DNA from: Takakia lepidozioides
Taxonomy: Eukaryota; Plantae; Bryophyta
Assembly (NCBI GenBank): GCA_030704615.1
Contig: CM060734.1
Coordinates: 9,300,001-9,364,000 of the forward strand
DNA length: 64,000 nucleotides
Reading direction: 5' to 3'
Positions 29,501 to 39,400 of the stretch are shown here, piece by piece. Made by a program: the position numbers and the translations under genes. Within the stretch, counting starts at the first letter, position 1, and the number at the start of each line of letters is the position of its first letter. The notes under the pieces are model-generated. The model ran no database searches. It was given only the letters and a program-made list of their open reading frames with translations, and was not told where the DNA came from.

Positions 29501-31198
29501 ATCCTCAATGAGGAGGGACCTGAAAGTTACATTCAGATCTTGTTTCTTTTCCAGAATAATTGCCTGTTTGGCATCTAGAGAAAGATGATCACTAGATGTT
29601 GTATCCTCTTCATACTCATCTGCCCCCCAATTCCCTGCATCAATGTCGTCAATAATGGTTGCAAGCGTCCCGGCCTCCACAGCTTCAGTTGTAGTAGTAA
29701 TTTCCTAATTCCATAGACCAAAACAGTTCAAGATGTCAGTGTATGAGGAGAGCACATGTGTGAATGTATAATATGTAAAAAGAGCAGTTCAGTGTCATGG
29801 TTGCATGAAGAAAACAAATGAATTTGGATAGTCAACTAATTCCATGAATATCCTTGTCTTTCAAAGCTTACAACTTGGAGCAGAATACAGGCGTGAGCAT
29901 CCCGACAGAGGACCTCCGACCACCTACGCCGGCGCATATGACACATATGTGCAACCAACTCAAAATTTGACAAGATTTGAGGCCCTTGAAGAAATTTTTG
30001 CTCAAGGAGCTCCAAGCATATGCGCCGGCGCATACCATGGAAGAGAGGTTGTAGCCAAACATACAGGAGCACCTTGAAAGATCAAACTAGGCCTATGGAA
30101 GCATGTGGAGTTGTGGAGGTGGCAACGTAGAAGCTTTGAGATACTTGAATACTGTGATCAACCAAAATAGGGAAGGTTCCCCAAGCGTCTGCGCCGACGG
30201 AGGTGGCAGCCTCGACACTTTGGAGCTTACGTAACACAAGGAATATACAACAAAAAACCAAGCTCCAAGCATCTCCGCCGGCGGAGATGCTTGCATGAGG
30301 TTCCTGAAACCTAGGAGCTAAGCAAAAAAAGATTGTGCTCAATGGGTATGCGCCGGCGGATATGGCAGCCCAGCCCCGCTCGAGCATCAACAACTTATGA
30401 GAATGCGGAGAAACAAAAGAGATGGAAGGGGGGAGAACTTCCTGAAATATGTGAGCAGCCCTGCTGCACGGGTCTGTGTTGACAGAGGTGGCAGCCTTGG
30501 CGCTTTGGAGCTTCCTAACACAGGGAATATGCGCAAAAAAAACAAGCTCTAAGTGTCTCCGCCGGCGGAGACGCTTGCAGGAGGTTCCTGAAACCTATTG
30601 AGCTGAGCAAAAAAAATGTACTCAATGGGTATGCGCCGGCGGATATGCCAGCGCAGCCCATCGGAGCATCAGCAACTTTTGAGCATGCGGAAAACAAAAG
30701 GAGATGGAAAGGGGAGAACTTCCTGAAACATTTGGCAGCCCTGCTGCACAGGTATGCGCCGGCGGATACGCCAGCCCAAACCCGCTCGGAGCATCAGCAA
30801 CGTATGAGCATCAAAAAAATAAACGGGATGGAGTAGAGGAGCACTTCCTGAAACATGCGAGCTCCCCAGCTCCAACGGTATGCGCCGGCGGAGGTGGCAG
30901 CCCAGCCCTTCCAAGCATCAGAAAAAACCAAGGGGAATGAGCTGTCTCCGCCGGCGGAGACGGTTGTGTGTATGTGTGGAGATTCGCAAACTTGTGAGAG
31001 TTGAAGTGACTTAGGCATCTGCGCCGGCGGAGGTGCTAGATTAGGAGCAGCTTGGTGGGGCTTATGCGATGGCGCATATGCCTAAGTGCAGGTCATGAAA
31101 AAAACAAAACTACAGCTTACCTTCTCCGTCCGCAGCTTGCCTCTACCACCACCACCACCAGCAACGCCTCCCCCTCGAGTGTCCTTCTTCCTCCCCAT
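26596..31198 (-). CDS. Transposon accessory gene encoding a ParB/Srx-like domain protein (multi-exon; at least one frameshift)
   Basis: Exon 1 31198-31121 (MGRKKDTRGGG...TEK|gtaag), intron 31120-29705, exon 2 from 29704 with IPLCRMISMQVVRP and FHVWDGNHRLQAW (about 29187-29216). Further exons at about 28949-28778, 28660-28253, 28163-27925, 27741-27340 and down to about 26596. Collinear homologue at 59-64 kb. 3' exon limits are approximate. Confidence 0.75.
29922..31078. repeat. Array of about 16-bp palindromes T(A/C)T(G/C)CGCCGGCG(G/C)A(T/G)A inside intron 1 of the ParB-like gene
   Basis: Perfect CGCCGGCG cores at 29927, 30023, 30276, 30351, 30560, 30634, 30757, 30883, 30949, 31022; variants at 30192, 30477, 31067. 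Embedded in degenerate ~284-bp and ~125-bp repeats. Confidence 0.92.
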
Positions 31199-31483
31199 CG
31201 CCGCAACAGCTCGTTGCCTCGGGGTGGTATAGTATAAGGCCGAGATGCGGCGCCTCCGTCTCCTCTTCGCAACGGGAGTCTCCAGGGTGTAGAGACTAGA
31301 GACGTGTTAAGTGCTTGTGTAGTTTGTGTGTGTTTGTTTGGGGGAGTGGCAAGGGATAATGTGCAAGTATACTAGACTACGTTAGTGTAGTAATGATACC
31401 GGGTTAGTCATGTAGTAATGGCAACAAGTTTAACTGAATAGAAACAGTTTATTAACAAAAAAGTAGAGGTTGTTTCATTGAAT

Positions 31484-31545
31484 AGAGCATGGCTTGTTGG
31501 TAAGGTTGTGGTGTATTTTCCACAAGGTTGCGGGTTCAAACCTGC
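31484..31545 (+). other. tRNA-derived (Pol III A/B-box) sequence between the two divergent transposon genes
   Basis: TGGCTTGTTGGTAAGG (A-box-like), stem TTGTGG/CCACAA, T-arm GCGGG-TTCAAA-CCTGC; no acceptor stem. Confidence 0.55.
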
Positions 31546-32260
31546 CCCGCCAAGGAGAGCGGGGGAAAGGGGGAGGGCGAAGGCTAAGGCCTTAAAAAGG
31601 CCAAATTGGCCAAATCTGAAATGTGAACCTTTTTTATACACTCTGGCGTTAGTGCTTTTTGGACTACATGGGTTACACGTGGATCCTCAGAAGATGGTTG
31701 TACGATTGACATGTTACTTTGTGGCGGCGCCTTCATAATACAATATAAAGTAAGTGATAAAGTAACTAAATATTTTGTTATGGGTGTCTTAATCAATTTA
31801 TTGGTTTTAGAGTCAATTGTCGCCACAAATACTTGTACTCATTACTCATACATGAGTAATCAAAGAACAAATCAACATACATGTCATGGGATTTGATTGT
31901 AAATAAATTGTGCCGTCTAGTGTGTCAGTTCATAGTTGGACGATTAATCAACGATTGGTTGTAAAATAAATGGAAACATGCAGAGCATTTATGTTTCATA
32001 TGCTCATAAGAAGAAGGCAGTACATTGGATTCTAAGATCTCAAACAACGGCGCCGTCGTCTTAAAAATAGGGGATAGTCCATTTAGTTGTTTCTGTCAGA
32101 GAATAATATGGATGGAGCACATGCCTCAAAAAATTTGGACCTTCTGGATTGATGATACACATAAGTAATGTAAGCCATTTAATGTATTTGCATAAGGTCT
32201 TGCAAGATGTGCGCTTTCATTCATTTTGCATCTTCTCTCAAACTTTGAGGGCATTGCCAA

Positions 32261-35200
32261 ATGTCTACACCAAAATATGCAGTGCTTTCATGTCCACCTG
32301 ATGCAAAAGTGGTTCGTTATCCTTGCAATGGAAACAAGTGCATTATCCCAGAACCTTGGTTATGCAATAGATTCAAACTTGTTCCGGGTTCAGTTTTTTT
32401 GGAGGATGATGGAGATGATGATGCCTCCACAGTGTTGCTTCCAGTTTTCAATGACGGCCAAAAGCAATGGGAGTTGTTTCCAGACACTTTCTCCAAGTAC
32501 CGTGTCACAGGTACGAGCTATACACAGTCACATGATGAGAGGCACACTTCTATTGCAAGAAAACGATCAAGCTGCAACAAATGGGAGTTGTAAATTGAAG
32601 GAGGAGGTTGCAGATTCGGCGAGCTTGGGGTCTCATAATTCGGATTGTGTTGAGGTTTCTAAGAGTGTATTTTTGGATCTCAACCTTCCTCATCTGCTCA
32701 TACGGTCTTGCTTCACGACATGAAGCCTCGGAAAACTCCATTGGACAACACCACGTCTGATTGTTGCGAATCTGCGAGGGGTTTATCTTCATCTCCACGA
32801 CTAGCAGGGGAGGCTACATCTGCATTTCCTTCTGGTGTGTTGTCCATTTTGAGTATCTTGGCCACTGCTCGGAGGAATGGATCAAAAGGAGAGCTTTCTA
32901 CCTTGGACTATAGTCACATTCCAGTGCATCGTGTTCGGTGTCTTCCTCGAGCTTTTGATGGAAAAGTGATCCACGAACTCCCCCCCGTGGTCAAACTACG
33001 TACGGACCGTGGTTCACAGTCCCTCCAAGGCATGGACCGCAAGTTTGATGGTCATCCTTGGTGCAAGACCAATACCTACAATATGTCTGGTGTTCCAGAT
33101 CATGTGAAATGTAGTAAGGTTTGTGTTGGAAAGCTCATATGTCAAAGCAGCACTTGCCCCTTCTTCAAGAAAGAAGGAGAACGGAATGACCGCTATTGGG
33201 AAGGCAATGCAGACAAGGTGTTCATTGCAGGAGCCCAAGTTCCATTCAACCAGTTCAAGTGTAGTTTCTGCAAAGAAAGACCTTTCTGTGAGGCGCATTG
33301 TGGGGCAAGAATGTACTATGTCACAAGTTCCCTTCCAACATATACACGTGTTGCAGTTCACGTTGGGTTTCATAACCATCCATGTGCCAAGGGCGAGAAT
33401 AGAGAGCGAAATGCATCAAGCATGATTCAAGAGCACGTTAAGATGAAGCCATGGTCGACCCCCGGAGCTATTTCCTTGTCAATGGCCCAAAAGCTCTTGA
33501 TTGATCGAGTTCTTGTGGCTGATGGCACAGAGACAGTACGTCTTGAGGGAGAGGCTTTGGAAGATATTCTTGAAGAGTTTGCCCATGTTTGTAGCCCCAA
33601 TGTGAAAAACAAGGTCGCATCTGCACGTGTCAATTCCATCATGTCCATATTGGAGTTGAAGCGTCTGAGTACATACCATTTCATTCACAGCAATCTCCTT
33701 CCAGGCCAGCATACTTCTCATCTCCCCCATGTTTTCAAGATGTCTGTTGCTGGTCCCGGGAGTGGTGTTGATCTTGTGCGTCGCATGAGTGAGGGGGATC
33801 TACGCACAAGTTGGGTAGTATTTGACCATGTCAAACGCATCAAGGATTGGACAACTCTTGCGTGTCATGTCTATGAACCATATGTCAAGCGAATGATGAC
33901 CATTGCCATTTGCGATATGAAAACAGAGGATGCAGATGCTCAGGTGTTATTCTGGGAGATGATCAATGAACAAGCAAAACTTGCTGGCTTGAACAAACCA
34001 AATTTTGCTGGCTTCATGGCGGATGCAGCAGGAGCGAATTGGGCTGCTGTTCGAAGGGTTTATGGATCTGATCCCAATGTCCCAATGGAAGGTAAAGAAA
34101 GAACATGTTTATATCATTGGGCTGAAAGCCTCCGAAGACACACCAACGACTATATCTTGGAGGACTTCCGTGAAAGGCACACTCAGCTCTGTTATGAATG
34201 GAAAGATAGTGCTACCTTGGAGGATGCTACAACCACATACATTGCAATTCGGGCTTGGTGGCTCTCTTCAGGAGCATGCACAGAAAAGAGTCTGCCAAAA
34301 CTAGATTCATGGCTTGCATGGTGGCACTACAGATATCGAATGTGGGGCCAATGGATGAGAGAGGACATGGATGTGGAGGCAGATGCAGATATGCCTACCA
34401 CTAATTTGTCTGAGGCAGTCCATTCTGCTTGGTGGAAGACAGCAGGCAATGGGAAAAAAATGAAGGTGGATCTATATGAGGCCACCATGCATGACATGTC
34501 ACGAGCTCTTTTGCAGCAGGCAACATTTTACAGGCACACCACAGGAAAGACATGGGGGACGGGGCCCGACAAAGAGGAGCTCATGTTGCGTCAAGCAGCT
34601 AGATCTAATAGCCCAGCAAAAATGGGTAAGGTTGTACGTGGCATAGTAGCTGGAACACCCATGCACACAAGGGGGGTTCAATTGGAGGGAGACAATCGCA
34701 CTATTCCAGTCAAACGCAAGTTAGGCGATGAGCATGGTGGGCCAAACGAATCTTGGAGGTGTGATATGAATGTAAAGACTGTTCCAGTGCGCGCCCACTG
34801 GGATGCCCAGTCCACACCAGCCATCTAGGTTTGTCAGCTCCAAATCAAGTCATGACATTCCTGGTTCTTCGACTTTCTGTGAGACAAATCCACATGTTGC
34901 TATCCCTCCTCAGCCAATGCAATGGGGAAATCCAGTGAGAGAGACACAAGACTTTTCCGATGCATTGTTCAGGATTCAGCGGACAGGTCCTGCTTCCATG
35001 GTTCGTTGTTCTGCCTTGGTTGGAGTTTCCAAAGATAAATGCAAAGCGCTCATCAGGAAAGGTAAAGGAAGTCCTGCACCTTGCTTCACTGGCAAGTTAC
35101 TAGCACCGAACATGAAAGAACCAAAACTGCAAGTTTTTTGGTTTTGCCCCACAGATGTTTTGTCGTGTGTTGGAGGGACCGTGCCATCCTATTGCTTGGG

Positions 35201-35792
35201 AAAACCGGGTATACCTAACGTGTGGCCTGTGAAGGTTGGAACCAACCTTACACAAGAAGAGGTGGACAACTTGACCCTTGCAGGTTTTTTCGACTAGTCC
35301 ATCCTCCCAACGTTCCTGATCCGAACTTTCCTGTGGGACCACTTCCAGTGGAACAACATATTCATCAAGGTGTTGTCCTTCCTGTGGGTAAGTATCCCAC
35401 TACACGCTATGGGGTGCGCATTCGGCGTCGGGATCCGACTCCTCGACACTTGAGTCGCCAAGAGTCAGCGGAGACTCTTATTGCTGAGGTTCGTGGATTC
35501 AGAAACGTGCCTCAGCCAGGTTATGGGAGAATTTACCAGCTACAAACAGAGGGATCTACCAGAGCAGGATTGGTTTACAATGTATACATTGGTCAGTTTC
35601 CATCTTGTGATTGTCCCGACTTTGATGAGCTATCTGTCAAGAAAAAAACAAACATATCTACCTTGTAAGCACATGTACTTCATGTACAACGTGCATCTAG
35701 GATGCGCCGGGGCTTATGAGATCCACCAACCTTCCCTTAGCCAGTTAGAGGTTAGGGCTATGCTAAAGAAGGACCCTAGTTCAACTTCTTAG
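32261..35792 (+). CDS. MULE-family DDE transposase with GCM-like N-terminal Zn domain and C-terminal SWIM finger (frameshifted in this assembly)
   Basis: ORF 32708-34828: W.KTNTYN..SKVCVGKLIC...C...CSFC...C.ARMY...VHVGFHNHP (WRKY/GCM fold), VFDHVK (D1), FMADAA (D2), CLYH (CxxH), TTNLSEAVH (E). SWIM CDC...CKH at about 35605-35673. Probable first exon 32261-32510. Confidence 0.88.
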
Positions 35793-36410
35793 TGACACAT
35801 GAAATGCACAAAAAAAGAACCTCTAACTTGTGCCGTTCATTTTCATGCATGTGACATGTAATCTGTTACTCTTGATTCCAAACATGACACATAGCATTTG
35901 TTAGTACAAAGTTCCTATTTTGGTTAAAATGGAACTTGTGTACCTGTCATACAAGTTTTCAAATTATAGAACTGCTGCTGGCATTACAAACAGACATGCA
36001 ATGTGGTGGTTCCAAACATGACACATATGCATTTGTTAGTACAAAAGTCCATATTTTGGTTAATATGAAACTGTTTTCCTTGAATACAAGTTTGCAAACT
36101 ATTACTTTGGCCAGGGATCTTGTATTCTCTTCAGTTTAAGGTGGTGCATTAGTTGGAGTTAGTGGTCACATGCATCTTTGACCATTGACTACTGATTTTG
36201 TTAGCTAAGATTTTTTTATTTTTTTTTTTTTTCTATACATATGATGTAACATTTGCATATGCAATAAATACGTCGTATTCTATGTTATATAACTCCACTG
36301 CATACAATCTACAATCTACAATGTGTGCATACAAATTTGTCACATGCATATATAATAAAGGATTTTGTGCATGCATGCACGCAACCTGTGCATATGGAAT
36401 AGCAACCTCC

Positions 36411-39400
36411 TTTTTGTTGGAGAGGATCATCATACCTTATGAGGTATTTGTTGCTCCACACTATTGTTATGGAGGTATAGGGGGCTGATACCCCATGGCT
36501 TTCCTAGACCCATGCAAAAGCCATTAAAGGTGTTAGTACATCATAGTAAGAAAACTGGAAAATGGCAGGTGAGAGAGTGAGAGAGTGTGTACAGAAACCA
36601 CTAAGTACACTGGTCAAGAATAGAGAGGGAAGATACTATGTCTCGTCGGGACATGGACAAGACCAAACCAGGTCTTTGTCAAATTAACGACAAATCAGCC
36701 TCATAACAAGGAACTATCTAACTTCACCTTCCATAGACAGTATCTTACCTGATAAAAACTCATGTCATCTTCCTGAAAACACATGAAAAATTAGGGTGGG
36801 AGGGTGGGATTTCCAAGACAACCATCACCCTAGATTCAGAATATGTCATTCATCATTGAAGGAGTCTTGTTTTTCTTATAAAACAATCGGACCAACACCA
36901 CCTTTGGTACATACCAGATCAGCATAAACACTTGAGCCTTTAAGAATGAGTTGCAGGTGTTTGCAATTCCAAGAGCCCAGCCTGATAATGTAGACCAGCC
37001 AGCATGCTATGTCAATGTTCCATGAATGCACAAAGGTCTGGATCTGGTTTTCCAATCATCTCTCCAAAACTCAATCAGAGTGGAATGCTACAATGAGCAT
37101 AATCACAACTTTATAGACAACACCAACTCAAAGGGTATTCCAAAAGGCTAGTTTGATAAGTTAAACCAGCCCCTGTGTATTTTGAAAAAGCCCAACAAGA
37201 CCACTGCTCGGTATTCTTCCAAGTCAAGTACTGCTTGGTACTTTCCAAGTCAACATAGTAAAACTGAACCTGTTTCAAATTCAAAGGATGGTTCCAATGG
37301 CATCGCTTGGCAACTTAAAAACATTGTTATGTAATCTGAAAAGCCCATCACGCCAGCTGCTTGGTAATCTCTAAGTTAAAACAGTGTAACCAGGGCTGTT
37401 TTAAATTTAGAACTCTGACCTCAATGTTCAAAAACTACCGCTTGGTACTTACCGTGTTAAATCAGCATAAGAAGGCCTATCTTAAGCATCATTGGATAGC
37501 CTTATAAGGTCTGGAGATGGTACTCCAGCACCATATCAAAATGCAGCCGAAGCTCAGACTGGTATCATGCCAGAAAACTGATTTACAATCGGGTCGAAAA
37601 CCCCACTAATATGGTGCCAAAGTTCAGACTGGTATCATACCAGAAAACTGACTTATAATCAGGTTACAACCCATAAAAACCAAAAAGGACTAAGGTTGAG
37701 AGGCCGAATCGTATCAGATGCCCCACTGAAGCAGTATGTAGCGTCAATCGTCACCATCGCCAAGTCCTTTGATCATCTGCAAACTGAATAAAAAATACGC
37801 ATCAAGTGAAGACCCTCACCTGTGCCCGTCCCAAAAACCACCACATCAAGATGTGTGTTAGTGAGGATGCACGAGGTGAGTAGCAGGTCTTCACAGTTGC
37901 TATCCATGTCCAACATGCATAAATTGATCAAAAGTAAAACATAGATGCGACACCACAAAGAACTTTGATCGTTTGTGGAGTGGGACGCTGCGGCATTCAA
38001 CACCTGAATCTCAAGAGATCGCAGCAGAATGCAACAAATTGGGATACTTGAGGACAAATTGCATATTTACAAAGTGCATGATACTTCCCCCATCACCTTA
38101 TGAGCGCTGCTGCTTCATGAATAAGAAAGATTGCATGCAAACACAACAGTAGGTCACTTGCCAGTGCGGGAAATGGAAGGGCCTGCCGCCATCGCGCAAG
38201 AAAAAACAAAATGCACGCGGATCGTGATGCTCGAGCACTTAGCTCAGCTGCCGTCGCCATCCTCCAGAGAAAACTAGCACGAGTATCGTGCCGTGCTTAG
38301 GGTAGAGAGGCGGTTAGCAAACCATCCCGTGATTTCATCCACTGGGATGAAATTTTGCACTTCATTAGAGTTACATCCTCTTAGGTTTACATCCGTTACG
38401 GTAACAACCATGATGGATGTAATCCGTCATGGATGAAGAATTGCCGGCTACATCCTTAGTGGTAAAGCTCAAGACAATAATTCATCCAGTTAGGGATTAT
38501 ACCTGGCATATTTTTCATCCGGTATGGATGAAATTCAAAACATGTTCCATCAGGGATTAGAAAGAAGGTATTTCCAAACCAGGTAGGCTTAGGAATTTTT
38601 TTGTTAATCCCAAACAGATAATTGGAGAGAGGGAGAGAGAGGGAGAGAGGGGGCGCCCACCATCCAACCCCTGGCATGGCAGTCCCTTATGGAGTGAGTG
38701 TGGTATGCACTCACCCCGTAAGGGAGTGCATACCAGACCCATTCTCATAAGGCTCTCCCTCTACAATGTAGTTCTATCCTTGGACTTGAATACCAAAAAG
38801 ATAAAAGGTCTACATTCTCTCTGCCCTCAGATCACGAGTGAACATTGGCATAGCATAAATCAAACTTGGCAAGAATATAGAGTCATGCGTTTTCCATGTT
38901 ACCTCTTATCTTGTCAACGAGCTCTTGTAAAGAAGTAGAGAACAAGGAAGGATCTCCGCGCGATGTAGTTTTATCTTTGGTTAAAAAGCTACAGTCTTTG
39001 CTTCCCAAGTCAAGAGAAAATATGGACAAAACATTCATATAGCTGGGCACGCAAGAGTTCAGAAATTACAGGTGTTCTTCAACCGATGGCAGTAAATTAC
39101 TACACATTTTTCCACCATTTCAGCCAACTTTATGGTTAGAACCGTTTTTCCAAAGGTATGAATAAGAACTTGTGTTCTTCAGCCAGTGGCAGTAGCCTAC
39201 TGCCCGTGATTCACAACATGAACATGTGAATAAAATTGGCAACAATCTGCTGCCCATCTTTTCACCATATCAGCCAGCTTTATGGTTTTAAAACCAGATT
39301 TCCTTCAGGTATAGAAAAAGGACATATCACGTTACACCTGGGCATTTTTTTAGTGGTGCTATAAAGAGCAAACCCACATCCAGGAGAAGTATTAAAGCCC

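Larger units (their letters stand above)
25643..36410. mobile_element. Full-length Mutator-like (MULE) DNA transposon, 10,768 bp, with two divergent genes
   Basis: Imperfect TIRs GGAGGTAGCCTATACTATATGCGCA / revcomp GGAGGTTGCTATTCCATATGCACA. 8-bp TSD TTTTTGTT (25635-25642, 36411-36418), which occurs once at the equivalent site of uninterrupted R copies. Subterminal TGCA-rich repeats; MULE transposase inside. Confidence 0.88.

Noticed and set aside
26596-31198. Bacterial contamination or recent HGT as the source of the ParB-like gene
   Set aside because: The gene has spliceosomal introns conserved between homologues and lies within a TSD-flanked plant transposon.
31484-31545. Functional tRNA gene
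   Set aside because: No acceptor stem, and the anticodon and T loops are the wrong size; kept only as tRNA-derived.
37555-37660. TGGTATCA within 70-bp direct repeats of R as a possible iMet PBS
   Set aside because: Only 8 nt match, and it lies inside the LTR-like module rather than after its end.
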